A stretch of DNA of 64,000 nucleotides from Mobula hypostoma (taxonomy: Eukaryota): assembly GCF_963921235.1 (NCBI RefSeq), contig NC_086097.1:189288001-189352000 (forward strand), in the 5' to 3' direction. This document shows positions 25,186-38,595 of this stretch, in pieces. The position numbers and the translations under genes are program-made. Each line of letters opens with the position of its first letter. Position 1 is the first letter of the stretch. Under the pieces are notes generated by a model. It had not been told where the DNA came from. It did no database searches and saw only the letters and a program-made list of their open reading frames with translations.

Positions 25186-26559
25186 ATCAAGTACATTCAA
25201 ATACATTCTATGCTTCTGCCACTGCAGTGCATCAATGGAGATGTGAAGAATGTGAGGTTTTGGTATTGCAACCAGCTGGCAGTTCTGCTAAAAATCAGAA
25301 TGCTATATCCAGAGTGTTGTAAACACCCACATAAAAGGGGCAGCTTTATTTGAACAGAATAAAGAAATGGAAGAAGAATTGAAATTTCAGGTGACAGAAC
25401 CTGTGTTTAATGTAACCATCTGAAAGGGCTTTATATTTCTGAGTAAGGAACAGACCGCTTTATGTAGGAAAATACAGAAAACTAACAAAGTTAACATTTT
25501 ACTCAATTGGAGCATTTCGAACCCTGGAGAGGGGAAGTAATGAAAGAGACCATTTTGCATCTTCCGTACTTGCTTGGGAAGGTGCTTTGGGAAAGTGTTG
25601 GCAGTAACTGGAGATGATGTGATAGACGGAATAAACTTTGAAAAGTAGAACAATGTGTTCAGTGGTGTAATTGCACTGAAGGTGTCAGATTTAGCAGCCG
25701 CAGAAAGAGTAGGTTTTTATTTGTTTGCGCAACATCAATAATGGAACCAAATGAACCAAAGGGTTTGAGGTAGAAGATCGGTCAAGATAATAAAAGGCAG
25801 CACAGGTTTGAGAGGTCAGATGAAATACTGTTTCTGTTATGTTTTCTGTCATCAATAGTTCTATCAATCTGCACTTACTCCAAAACTTGTTTAGCAGAAA
25901 TTTGTGTTTTGCCAGGTCCACTCACTCCAGACATCATTACAGCTTGTACGGACTAACAAACTGAACTGAAGAGGTGAGGAGAGAGTGTTGGGGAAATAAA
26001 ACATTCCATCTCCTATCTGCCTTTCATCTGTAACCAGCTATAGAGATTCCGCAATCATACAATTCTATTCCAGATCCTCCCAATTAAAGCACTACTCATG
26101 CACAAACTTTTGGTCACCCATAATATCTAAGCTCTAGCACCCAGTGTGTTTAATCACACACTTTTCAAATGTTTTCTTTTGTAACAATGAGTACTTTACA
26201 CAGATGTACAAGGTATAATGATCGTACTTTAATGAATCTGGTTTTAAGAGGTCGCAATTTCTGGAAGCCAGAAAACAACTCTTCACCATCTTCCATATTA
26301 TGTATACTTGCCATTCAATAATGCTGACCCTTCCCTGTTTACTTCTCAACAGCCTGCTGGTAATACACGAAGTGGCATGGCTCTCTCTTTAACTATAATG
26401 TTTATTTCGAATCTACAACGTGTGACACGAAAAGGACTGACTCGCTTTTGAAGAGCCCTACAGTTTGCAACGATTAGCCTCCCGTGAGCAGATATGAAGC
26501 AATTAACGAATTTAACACCTCAAGTGATAACAGAAACAAAATGAGACTGTGCTGGCGAG

Positions 26560-27060
26560 AGGGAGTTAGCAGCACTCGGCTCCCTGAATCGTAATGCGGG
26601 GCACCGGGTAGGTACACCTGGCTGTTGCGGCGAGCTTGCTGCCCAGGCCCCGCCCCCGCCCTGCCCAGGGGCTGGGCCTGACCCGACTCGACCCGACCTG
26701 ACCTGCTTGAGGTCCAGCACTCCGTCCTTCGCCTCTTGCAGCAACGACACGAAACGCGTGGTGAGCAGCCCGAGGCTCTTCTCGTGGCGGCTCGAGCCTC
26801 TGCTGCCGCTAACGCCATTCCAGAGGCTTGCATCGCCGCCAGACTCGGCCATCGTCGCGGACGGCTGTGACGTTACAGCAGCTACAGGAGCAACCAATCA
26901 AAGGCCTCTGGGCTCGCCGTACTCAATTTAAAATGCAGGAAATGACGTTCGTGGCAACCGAATATTCCCCTATCGGGAGGGCGGGGTGTAGAGCGGCAGG
27001 TGCCAGAAATAACTCAAAGCGTCAAACTTTGCTTTCGCGGATGGAGCAACAGAAGAAACT
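26560..27060 (-). promoter_or_regulatory. CpG-rich E2F5 promoter/first-exon region
   Basis: The most CpG-dense tract in the window. CCAAT at 26894-26898, GC box GGGCGGGG near 26978, E2F-like TTTCGCGG at 27033-27040, TGACGT half-CRE sites. Confidence 0.7.
26703..26852 (-). CDS. E2F5: E2F5 coding exon 1 (MAESGG...[30 protein letters not shown])
   Basis: ATG at 26852 in GCGACGATGG context. Encodes the start of the E2F4/5 DNA-binding domain. GT donor at 26702-26701. 150 nt, phase 0. Confidence 0.93.
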
Positions 27061-28789
27061 GCAGATGTTACAAAAGCTCGGAGGGACTCAGCTGGTCACA
27101 CCGCAAACTCCAGCAGTTTGTTAATTGCTCCCAAAACATCGATATCTGACTCAATTTAGTGTGGATGTTTTTGCTGAAATACCTTCGTGAAGTGACTCAG
27201 GCCATTTTACAATGTACTTTAGGGATGTCTTAAACTTGTCCATCTGATGTAAAATATTTGACACATAATGAAAATGTGTGTGAAATTTATGAAACCTTGC
27301 GTGGTAGTGTCATCTTTTCAAAGCAGTCCTTTGGGGTGAGGATGACTTGCTTCCATTCAGACTTTGAGGGTTTTGGAATTCCCACTGAAACCAATCTGTT
27401 TCTTCCAGACAACAGACGAGTTGTGTACTGCATTGTTTCAAATACTTAAAACCCGAAAACATTTTCTGTATGTAATTGTGACACAATGACAAAACAAGGG
27501 GGTGGGAATCAGCATCAGATTTATTATCACTAATGTGATGTGAAATTTGTTGTTTTATGGCAGCAGTGCAGTGCAAAGAGAAAACATTTCTATACTGTTC
27601 ATGGATCATTCAGCAATCTGACGTTGAAGGAGGAAAAGCCGTTACAGAATCATTGAGTGTAATGACAGCTCTGGCTAAATGTATCGGGCATATTGTGAAT
27701 AGTCAGGGTAAATATGAGTGCAAATGATATAGTGGACGCTTAAATGGAGAAGTAAAGTGGAACTTTATTTCTTTTTATGGCTTCAAATAGTCTGGGAACG
27801 GTCTGGTAGTTAATAACATAAGTGCAGCAATAGAAAATAGTTTAAACCAGGATTTTTTTTTGTGTGAATAAGAGGATAATGTTATGTAGTTATATACAAA
27901 TTATATACAATATAACTATATTATGTCAGCTTTTCCTATCAAAACACAAGTCAAAAGACAGAAGAAACAATTCAGAGATCTAGAGTGGTGTGAAGCTTTG
28001 AGGAAATAAATTTTGGTGATTACTACATTGTTGGAGAGGCTATTATAGGATAATATCAAGTAAAAAATTGAATAAAATGTCCAGAATTGTTATGTAATTA
28101 TTTTCATGACTGATTTTGTAAAGTTAAAACTTGTATACCTAAAGATGATCAGTCATTGAGGAAATACAAAAGTGAAAAACACTTCATGTGGTTTGAAGCA
28201 CATCTGTTATGGGAATACAAGTTAAAGTAATTGTTATCTGGAATTGCAGTAAGTATATTTTAACAGCAGTTGCCTCACTAAGATGGCAAAATGTAATTTT
28301 ACAATAAAATGTTTAATCTGAAAAGCAGTCTAGTTCTCTAGCATTTCAAAATTACTTGTAAGGAAAGTAATTAAATTTCTTGAATGTAACTTTATTATAA
28401 CTTACAAACATTTAATTGAAAATTGTAAAAAATATTCTTGAACTCAATTTATATTTACAAATACATTTATGAACATTAAACCAACCCAATGAAAATAAAT
28501 AATGAGTACATTATTCCCCCAAACAACTTTACTAGAAATAGCAACTTAGCCTAATGTATTGAATTACACTTGATTTTTTTCCCCCTCCCTCAACTGAATA
28601 CTTTCTTCTTTGCAGGTGAAACCAAATCAATTATCTTTATCTTGGCCAGGAATTCAAAATCTTTCATTTCTTTATATCTTTGCATCTTACTGTAGGAAAA
28701 CATTGTCTTACAAGTAATCAAGTAGATGATTTAATTTCATTACACCAAAATTGAACAATATGTTGTTTAAATGGACATGTTTAAACAAG

Positions 28790-29835
28790 ATCCCTTCCCA
28801 CTAATCGCGATTCAAGCACTTATCCTTGCAACTGTGCTGTGTTACATCTTCTCCTGCACTTCCTCCCTCACCACCATAAAGGACTCTAGCAGCCTTTCCA
28901 GTTAAGGCAGCACTTCTAGGTGAATCTATCAAGTCATATTTTGTAACTGGTATGGCCAACGCTACATGAGTAAGACCTGAAGCAGATTGAGGATTGTTTC
29001 AATGAGCATCTTTGGTACACCCTTCAAAAGAGGCAGGATCTCACGGTGGTCAGCTATTTTAATTCCACTTCCCCTTGCCACACTGACATGTCTGCCCACA
29101 GCCTCCTCTAATACCATGTTGAGGCCAGAGGCAGATTGGAGGAGCAACTTCTCATATTCTGTTTTGGCAATCTCCAACCTGAGAATGAGAATCAGAATCA
29201 GGTTTATTATCACTGGCATATGATGTGAAATTTGTTAACTTAGCAGCTGCAGTTCAATGCAATATATAATCTAGAAGAGGAAAAAAAAACAAGTAAATCA
29301 ATTACAGTATATGTGTATTGAAGAGATTAAAAAATGTGCAAAAAACAGAAATACTGTATATTAAAAAGTGAGGGAGGCATCAACATCGATTTCTCTAACT
29401 TCTGGTAACCACTACCCTCCGTTTCCCACCCCTCTTTGTTTTCCCTCATCTTTCTGACCCCTTTCTTCTTCTCCCCCCCCACCCCCACAAGCTGCAGATC
29501 ACCCACACCTTCCTCCCCTTTATTCCATGGTCTACTGTCCTTTCCTATCAGATTCTTTCTTCAAACCTTTGCCTTTTCCATCTATCAACTCGCATCTTCT
29601 TATATCACTCCCTTTCACCCCCCGCCACTTTCCTACCTTACCTCCCCACCTCACCTGGATTCACCTACCACTTGCCAGCTACTGCTCTTCCTCCTCCACA
29701 ACCCTCAACCTTTTTAATTCTGGTTTCAGCCTTCTCATCTAGTCCCAATGTCTTAGCAAAAAAAGTCAATTTTTTATTTCCCTCCATAGATCCTGCCTGA
29801 GCTGCTGAGTTCCTCCAGTGTTTTGAGTGGATGCT
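28790..29835 (+). mobile_element. Degenerate Penelope-like element, interrupted at about 29180-29375 by an antisense Rex1-like 3' end
   Basis: Similar to the 9371-10673 element (caacatcgatttctctaactt, pyrimidine-rich pLTR). The insert begins 'gagaatcagaatcaggtttatt'. Confidence 0.7.
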
Positions 29836-30120
29836 AATTCCCTGCCTGCTCTTGAAGTAATGCAGAGATATTGAAAGTAATGTTTGTTTCCAAATTCCCT
29901 GATCAAAAATAATTAACTGAGAGCAATTCAACATTGTTTCCACTAACCTGGACCCACAGTGGGGAACAATCAGAATAAAAGCCACCCCATTTAAAGGGAT
30001 GTTTTCTAAACAGTAGGATTTAATAATTTTGATGCATTATTTAAAGAAATAAATTCAGTTTTCAGTCACTTAATAACTAGTGTAGATTACATACATATTG
30101 GGAAGTTGCCTGTGACAATC

Positions 30121-30243
30121 TCACAGTTCTTGCTTGATATCATTAAGAGCACTAGTGAGCTTGCGTATCTTTTCTTCCATGTTTTTTTTGCTATTTGCTG
30201 TCTCTCGAAGAAGATGACGCATTTCTTCCTCTACTTGATAGAT
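30121..30243 (-). CDS. LRRCC1: LRRCC1 last coding exon (IYQVEEEMRHLLRETANSKKNMEEKIRKLTSALNDIKQEL*)
   Basis: Manual translation matches the LRRCC1 C-terminus pattern. tttcag acceptor, TGA stop. 123 nt. Confidence 0.92.
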   Translation of the reverse strand: MYQVEEEMRHLLRETANSKKNMEEKIRKLTSALNDIKQEL

Positions 30244-32854
30244 CTGAAATAATTAAAATATTACATATAATAGTGCAAAACAAAGTAATAAAATATTTGA
30301 ATGTATTGATTATGTAGTTATGTGCATGAAAAAAGACCACCTAAGATGAAAATGAAACATCTTAAACTCAATTTATATTTTGGACAAATTTTGCAACGTG
30401 AATTAGTTCAATTGGTAAGTAAAATTATAGTTTATTTTTTATTAGCTTACAATATGAAAACAACTTGCATTTCAAAGATCTTGATTCATTTTAAAGTGCT
30501 CTGGATATTTATATTTTGTAACTAAACTTATCCTTTACACTCACAAACATGAGAAAATCTGCAGATGCTGGAAATTGAAGCAACACCTTCAAAATACTGG
30601 AGGAACTCAGCATTTTGGAATAGAGTAAATGTCGACTGGAGTAACTCCAGCATTTTGTGCGTGTGGCTTGATCTTTACATTGGTATTTTAAAATTTACAA
30701 TCTAGACCTTTGTTGTTGTTGCTTCACTCTTCATGACTGCAACGTGATGCAGCTTCACAACTCCAGAATCCCAAAGTTTGAGCTTGATCTCAGTTTATAA
30801 CTGAGTTGAGTACGTACATCCTCTCCATAAAAACATGGAATTCCTACACGTATTCCAGATGCTACCCTTGATTAGTCAGAGCATCAAAGGTTACAGAGAG
30901 ACGGTTGAGAGGGATAATAAATCAGCCATGGAATGGCGGAGCAGACTCAACATGTCAAATAGCCTTATTTGTTCCTAGGTCTTATTTTCTTATTAACTAT
31001 GTCTGCTTCAATGGAAGCTTACTTATTAATGTTTTCTTGGCTTCAGTATTGGTAGATTTAGTTCCAAGCCTTGAAGTGACATGAATAGGATCTATTATAC
31101 TTAGCGACAACAGATGTTGGGTATAATTGAGTATTGTGAATCAAATATCTTTGAACCGACAAGTTTTCTGCCAAGTAACCCAAATGAGTAAATGTCAAAT
31201 TAACCAACCTTTACCAGGACAAGATTTTTACCAATTGAGCTTACTTCACTTCAAGGATGTAATATAGCTGTTAAAGAAACAAATAGGACAAACTTATCTC
31301 TTTTTAGTGCTAGGGAGCATGAGTGTCTGTATGTACGTGTATATATCTCACGCACACACAACACATAAAAATAAGTAGTGTGTGACCTGGTGATGGGAGT
31401 CCTTAATGATGGATGCTGCCTTTATGAGGCATCACTCCTTGAAGATGTCCTGGATGCTGGGGAGGCTAGTGCCCAGGATGGAGCTGACAGAGTTTACAAT
31501 TTCCCGCAGCTTATTTCGATCATGTGAAGTGCCCCCCACCTCATACCAGACGGCGATGCAGCTATTTAGAATGCTCTCCATTGTACATCTAGAAATCTGC
31601 GAGTGTTTTTCATGACATACCAAATCTCCTATTGAAATGTAGCCACTGTCATGCCTTCTTTCTAACAGCGTCAATACGTTGGACCCAAGACAGATCCTCA
31701 GAGATGTTGACACCCAGGAACTTGAAATTGCACACCCTTGATGAAATTGCTGATCCCTCGATGAGTACTGGTATGTTCCCTTGTCTTACCCGTTCTGTAG
31801 TCCACAATCAATTCTTTGGTTTTACTGATGTTGAGTGCAAGGTTGTTGCGGCAATACCACTCAACCAGCTGATCTACCTCACCCCTGCACACCTTCCCAT
31901 CACCATCTAAATTTCTGCCAACAATAGTTGTGTCGTCAGCAAACTTATAGACGGAATTTGAGCTGTGCCTAGTCACACAGTCGAGGCTGTAGAGAGAGCG
32001 GAGCAGTGGGCTAAGCATACGTTAGTGAGGAGATGCTATTTCCGATCTGCACAGATTGTTGTCTTCCGGTGAGGAAGTCGAGAATCCAGTTGCAGAGGGA
32101 GGTACAGAGGCCCAGGTTTTGGAGCTATTTGATCAGAACTGTAGGAATGATTGTGTTAAACGCTGAGCGGTAGTCAATAAACAGCAGCCTGACATAAGTA
32201 CTAGTATTGTCCTGGTGAACCAAGGCTGCACGAAGAGGCAATGAGATAACATCACCTGCAGACCTATTGTGGCAATAGACAAATTGTAGTGGGTCCAGGT
32301 CCTTGCTTAGGCAGGAGTTGAAACCAACCTCTCAAAACACTTCATCACCGTAGATGTGAGTGCAACTCGACAAAACTCATTAAGGCAGCTCTGCCAGTGC
32401 TTCTTGGGCACTGATATGATTGTTGCCCTTTTAAAGCAGGTGAGAAATTCCAAATATAGCGATGAAAAATTGAAAATCTTTTTGAACACACCCTCCAACT
32501 GGTTAGCACAGGCTTTCAGAGGCCGATCAGGTCACCAGATGATGCAGGTATCTTCATAGCTGTAGTTTTATTCACCGTCTCAAAGCGCCCTTAAAAGGCC
32601 TTGAGCTCATCTGGGAATGAAGCATCACAGCCATTCATGATGTTAGATTTCACTTTGTAGGAAGTAATGGCCTGCAAACTCTGTCAGAGTTTATGTGCAT
32701 CCAATTCCACCTCAAACCACAATCAGTATTGTTCTTTTGCTCTTGAGATAGCCCTTCGTAAGTCATACCTGGCTTTCTTGAATAGTCCTAGATCACCAGA
32801 CTTGAATGCCACAGAATGCCTCAGTAGACTATGAATCTCCTGGTTCATCCACGG

Positions 32855-35528
32855 ATTTTATTTTTGTAATTTATTTTTTATTGAATTTCATCATCAAACA
32901 AACATTTCCATAAGATGCATTTCAGATACTGTACATATATATCATATAATCATATTTGTCACAAATCTCCACATATTTATCTGAGGTATACACTTATAGA
33001 AAGGAGAGGAAAGAAAGAACAATCGAAAGGAGAAAACTATGTACAGAGTAGGGAGTGATCTTTTTTTTAAACAACATATTCATTGACTTGTGAGAATAAA
33101 ATCAGGCCTACGAGGTGTTATGTAGTTAAACCATTTTTTCCAGTATGAATAAAATTGTTCCAACTTATGATTAACAGATGCTGTTATCTTCTCCATCTTG
33201 TAAATGTCCATTGTAATTTCCATACATACATTTAAATTTGGGCTCTCCTGTGATAACCATTTCCTGGTAGGGGTCTTTTTACCAGCCACCAGCAGTACAT
33301 TCATTAAATATTTATCTCTTTTCAACCATTCTTGAGGTACATACCCAAAATATATGGTCTTACTCTCTAAGAGTATTTCACATTTAAAGATGTCTTGTAG
33401 GGCATTATGTATCCCACTCCAACAGTCTTTGACAACAGGGCATTCCCAGAAAATATGATAATGGTTTGCATTTTGATTTCCACAATTTCTCCAGCAAGCA
33501 GTGGGGTTACTATCATAATGGAATTTCTGAGAGGGTATAATAAAATATCTTATCAAGTTTTTCCACCCGAACTCCCTCCATTTCTGTGAACTGGTACACT
33601 TCCATTGATACCTCCATATTATTGTCCAGTCTTCCTCAGATATTATTATCCCTCCTTCCTTCTCCCATTTTGTTTTAATGTATGAAGTTGAATGTGTTTT
33701 AAGATTTGACAAACCCTTATACACGCTTGAAATTGTTCTACTACCGTTGTCTGAACTATATGCTTTTCTAAATAGCTCTATCACAGGGGTCCCCAACCTA
33801 TTTTGCACAGTGGACCGGTTTATTATTGACAATATTCTTGCAGACTGGCTGACCCGGTGGGGGTGGGGGGGGAGGTAGGGTTGCCAACGGACAAGAGTAA
33901 CCGTCAAATACATTGTGTTTACCCCGAGAAGACCACAATTACCATGAAGCTTTGTGCGGGCACCTGTGTGCACATGCATGTACGTGCCAATTTTTTTTCT
34001 ACAAATCTATTTTGGCGATTCTGTTTGGGGGGGGCGGTGTTAATCACGACCAGAATATAGACGATCAGTCAACTATAAGTCACTTTTTAGTGGCTAATAC
34101 ACTCAATTTCGTTTCTAAAAGGGTTTATCTAACAAATTTAATAGTAAACACACAGCGCATATTTTCCTCGCATGAATATAGTGGTAAGTCAATTACTGTA
34201 TAAGTCACTTATAAGTCAATAGCATCATAACATTTTAAGTAACGTTTGGATATTAAACACACAGCACATATTTTCCCCGTATGAACATATAAAATCATTG
34301 CAACACACCAATATCGCTGAATCAGTGGGAGCCCTGGGCTTGTTTCCCTGCAACAAGACGGTGCCATCGCGGGGTGATGGGAGACAACGATACTCGAAGG
34401 GGGTTCCTTATGTCCAGTCTATTCCGCAATTTAGTTTTCGTTGCATTCATTGCAAAGATATGTTGGAAATGGAAGCAACGTTTTCAATGCTTTCGTGGCT
34501 ATCTTAGGATACTTAGCCTTGACTTTGATCCAGAATACTGGCAGAGATGTTATGTCAAACATACTTTTCAGCCCACCGTCATTTGCAAGCTCGAGGAGTT
34601 GACCTTCTTCCCGCACTGACATGGATGACGCATGCCTAATGACCTCGCGTGCGTTCAAGCTCTACAGTGCATGACAGGGAATGAAGAAAGGTGCAGCTGA
34701 CTCCTATCGCCAATTCGTATCGTTTCCTCGCGGCCTGGTTGCACATGCTTTGCGGCCCGGTGGTTGGGGACCACTGCTCTATCAGACATGTACTGGCCTT
34801 GGTTACATTTTTAACCATCTTATTAACATACTGTTGCATCTGTAAATACCAGTAAGTCTTGTTTTTCTAATAAGTGTTTCTCTTTGAGCATTTCAAAACT
34901 GAACATTGTTCCTTCTTTCATTGTATTGCAAATAGCTGTAATTCCTTTAGCTGTCCAGTCTTTAAATCTAGTATCCAGTTTATTCGGCGTAAAATCCGAG
35001 TCATATACACACCATTTAAGAATTGCAATGTCTCTCTCTAGTTCATATTCTTATATAATAGTTTTCCACATTTTAAGAGTCCATTTCACCCACGGGTTGT
35101 CAATATTATTTATGTAACTTTGTAGGTTGTTATCAACCAAAATTGCCTGTATGGGGATGGAAAGTATCCTCTCCTCAATGTTTTTCCATTGAGCGTCACA
35201 TGATGGGTTGCACCAGCATTTCATGGCTCTCAACTGTGCTGCAAAATAATAATCTCTAACAGAAGGTAGGCCCCTTCCTCCCTTTTCCTTGGCTAATTGC
35301 AAAGTTTTGAGACGAACCCTAGGCCTTTTACCTTACCATATATATCTTGATAGCATCTTATTCCATTCATTGAATTGATTTTGGTTCATCTCTATTGGTA
35401 GGGTCTGAAAGAGATATAGTAGTCTGGGCAGTATGTTCATTTTAATAGATTCAATCCTTGAACTGAGACCAAGAAAAGGAATTAGGTTTCATCTTGTTAT
35501 ATCTTCCTTAATTTTTTTATATATAGGA
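32855..35528 (-). mobile_element. L1-clade LINE 3' fragment inserted in the Rex1-like element
   Basis: ORF2 motifs (LQLAKEKGGRGLP; CWRNCG...HIFWECP). A-rich tail at left. TSD ttcatccacgg at 32844-32854 and 35529-35539. Confidence 0.88.
33784..34776 (-). mobile_element. Non-autonomous hAT (Charlie/Buster-type) DNA transposon
   Basis: TIRs caggggtccccaacc and ggttggggaccactg (14/15 match). Perfect 8-bp TSD ctctatca at 33776-33783 and 34777-34784. Transposase C-terminal remnant FWIKVKAKYPKIATKALKTLLPFPTYLC. Confidence 0.93.
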
Positions 35529-36800
35529 TTCATCCACGGGTTTTGATTCAGGTTTGTACAGTACGTTTTTGTAGGTACACACTCATCTACAATGGGGTTT
35601 TAATGAAGTCAGTGACGACTGTGGCATAGCTATTCAGACTTCAAGATGAATCCCTGATTACTGCCCAGTCCACTGATTCAAAGCGCTCTTCTGCTTCCTT
35701 TGACAATATCTTCTTTGTCCTCTCTACTGGTGCTGTGGTCTTCAGTCTCTGCCTACATTCAGAGGTGATCAGCCTTTCTGAAGTATGGGTGTGGGATGGT
35801 ATGGTAAACGTTCCTGAAAATAGAGTAACAGTGGTCCATTGCTCCTCTGGTTCCAGAAGTGATATGTTGGTCATAATTACTTGGAGACCTTTTCAAGCTG
35901 GCCTGGTTAAGATCCCCCAAAGTGATGGGGAAGGCATCAGCGTGCGCTGTTTCATGACTGTTGATTATGTTGCTCAGTCTGTCTTGAGCCTGTTTCACAC
36001 AGGCCTGAGGTGGAATGCACACTGCCAATGAGATGATGGCTGAAAGCTCCAAATGGACGACCTTCGATCGCTAGATGTTCCAGGTAGGGTGAGCAGGACT
36101 GAGACATAACTGCTGTATTTGTGCACCACGAGGAGTTAATCATAAAGCATACTCCACCTCCTCTGCCTTTGAAAGACTCTGCAGTCCTATCTTGGCAGTG
36201 AATCGTGAAGACAGTGAGCTACATCCCAGACTCTGGAATGGTGGAGGATACCAAGACCCTGTGAAACAAGAAACACAACAGTCCCCCATGTCCCTTGGGT
36301 GCAGTAATCTTGCTCTGAGGTCTTTGATTTTATTTCTCAGTGATTTTGTGTGTGCCAGCAGAACAGATGGCAGTGGAAGTTGGAACCCTCTTCTCCTTAA
36401 AAGAACTTTTAATCCAGCGCATCATCCTCTCTTCCACCGTCTTAAAGGCGAACTGCATGTGCACCCGGAGGCTCATCCAAGATTCATCAAATTTTGAGTA
36501 GTGATAGCTTTATTAAAAACGCCTTAAAACGATGTTGCTTACTGTACTGTCCATGACTGTAGCTGTGGATTTCAGCTGCAGTAGTCTAAAATGGGAATAT
36601 TTGAAGATTTCCATTGAAGCTACTCGCACAAGTCACCTTCTGAATGGCACTACCAGTTATATTTGTAAGAGTGCTATGCATAAACAGATTGCCATATTTG
36701 CTTAAATAAGAACAGTACCAATGCCTAAATTACATTGTTTGCAAGATATTTTGTGATGAAGTATTATGTAGATTATTGTGTACAAGGAAGAAAATGTTAC

Positions 36801-36936
36801 CTTTCGTTTTGCTGTTTCAATTTCCTTTTCTTTTTCATTGGCTAACTGCAGAAGTTGGGTCTGGTGAGATACCTGTATAGCCTCAAGCTGGTGCCTGAAT
36901 GCATCATCCATGGAATGAAGTTTTTCTGCTACAGCC
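36801..36936 (-). CDS. LRRCC1: LRRCC1 penultimate exon (AVAEKLHSMDDAFRHQLEAI...QLANEKEKEIETAKRK)
   Basis: Contains the EKLHSMDDAF motif. Flanked by ccaag and gtaaca. 136 nt. Confidence 0.92.
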
Positions 36937-38364
36937 CTTGGTGATTTTGGACAAACACACATTAAAATGTTTTAAATATATTTAGCATTGCAAAAAATAT
37001 ATTATTTGTACATGAAAAATAAAACTCAAGCAAACGTCAGTCACTTTCTGCGGATGAAAGTAATAAGAAACTATGAATTTATGCACAACTGGATGATTTA
37101 AAAAAATATGACAAAGTAGAAGTTATTTTGAGAATTAGTACATTAAAATAGGAATTGTGATCATTTTAGATAGCTCCTCCTACCCCCTCAGGATAAAGAA
37201 TGACTTGCTTCCAGACCATTTCTATAGCTTTGAGTTAAACGTAGGATTCACAAATCCTGCCACAGGTGGGGCAGGAACACTTGAAGGAGCACCATTGGGA
37301 CCTGAGGAGTGCCGGATTAGTGAAAATGCCAAATTACAGAAGGATCACATTAAGCATAATCAGTGCCAGATTATCGAAGGAACCGGATTACAGGTAGTCG
37401 GATTAGTGAAGATCGACTGTACCTTTCTTCTGTGGCTTATATTGGGATTCTGTGTGGTACTTCCAAATAGATTCAAAGTATTCAATGCCAAACTCAATTT
37501 TCAGTGGATTGTTGCTCTTATTCCAAGCGAAAACAAAATGTTATTTTAGCAATATATTCCGTATAAATAATGGTGGAGATTAGATAAGCAGTACTAAATT
37601 TCAATCAGAAAGCAATTTAATCAAACTGTAAAATCAATGAGATTTTCACAATTTGGCCAAGAAACTTGTAACTAAGAAAAAGAATAAAACTTAATTCTTG
37701 ATATTTTTGAGCATAGTTTGCTTAAGAGGAGTGTCCTTTTCTTTAAGTCAAAGTAAAATATTGAACAATATCTTCCTTTCTTACAAATGTCTGAGAGGAT
37801 TTCCTAGCGGTAAAATTTTACATTTTACTGTTAGTCTTTTTTGAGTCAACTCTTCAATTATAAATGACCATGTCCATATTCAACATTAAAATTAAAACTA
37901 ATTAACTTGCCAGTGTCTAAATACACATTAGGCCAGATGGTGGCATTGTAATACTTTTTATCCCAATACAAGCAATTGTTTTACTGACTTGAAATTGGAT
38001 CAATTTGGACATTTTTTTTTTGGCATTTCCTGATTCAATTTTAATAGAAAGTGAAATGTAATTGAAAATAGGGATTCGTGTACAAAGTCTGCAGTTTTAC
38101 TTTGGGGTCCATTAGGCATTTGATGCACAGAAATGTTGACATTTTCATTTACACACGAGTAGCATGTGCCATTTACACATCACTCCTGCAGAGGACTTTG
38201 AAATTTGCTGCCCTGGTGCCTAGACCTAAAGAAACAATCATACCTTCCGACTCAGTTATGAACTCCCTTTAACCCACCCCACCCCACTCCATTCACTATC
38301 CTTCACAGTCACTTTCCTTCCAAGTCCTCTACATACCAATTCTGATCCAAACCATTTTATTTCA

Positions 38365-38595
38365 TTTGTTTAAGAGATACTGTGTGAAACAGGCCCTTCC
38401 AGGCCAACAAACCACCTACTTAACACTAGCCAAATCACAGGACCATTACAATGACCAATTAACCTACTAACTAGTAGGTCTTCAGTCTGTGGGAGGAAAC
38501 CCGAGCTCCTAGAGGAAACCACTGCGTTTCATGGGGACAATGTGCAAACTCTTTACAGATGGCACTAGAATTGAATACTGAACTCCAGAACATTC
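38365..38595 (-). mobile_element. HE1/V-SINE-like fragment
   Basis: Core 'caatgaccaattaacctacta...gtgggaggaaacc' shared with the other copies. Confidence 0.65.

Larger units (their letters stand above)
31380..36560 (-). mobile_element. Near full-length degenerate Rex1-like LINE (APE and RT) hosting nested insertions
   Basis: [48 protein letters not shown] and DHCY endonuclease remnants. Confidence 0.8.

Noticed and set aside
2554..26852. Calling the gene E2F4
   Set aside because: The [10 protein letters not shown]-terminus, the GDIMDEF motif and linkage to LRRCC1 favour E2F5.
33080..33979. 299-aa ORF as a novel gene
   Set aside because: It is a chance fusion of hAT terminal sequence with the L1 ORF2 C-terminus across the insertion junction.
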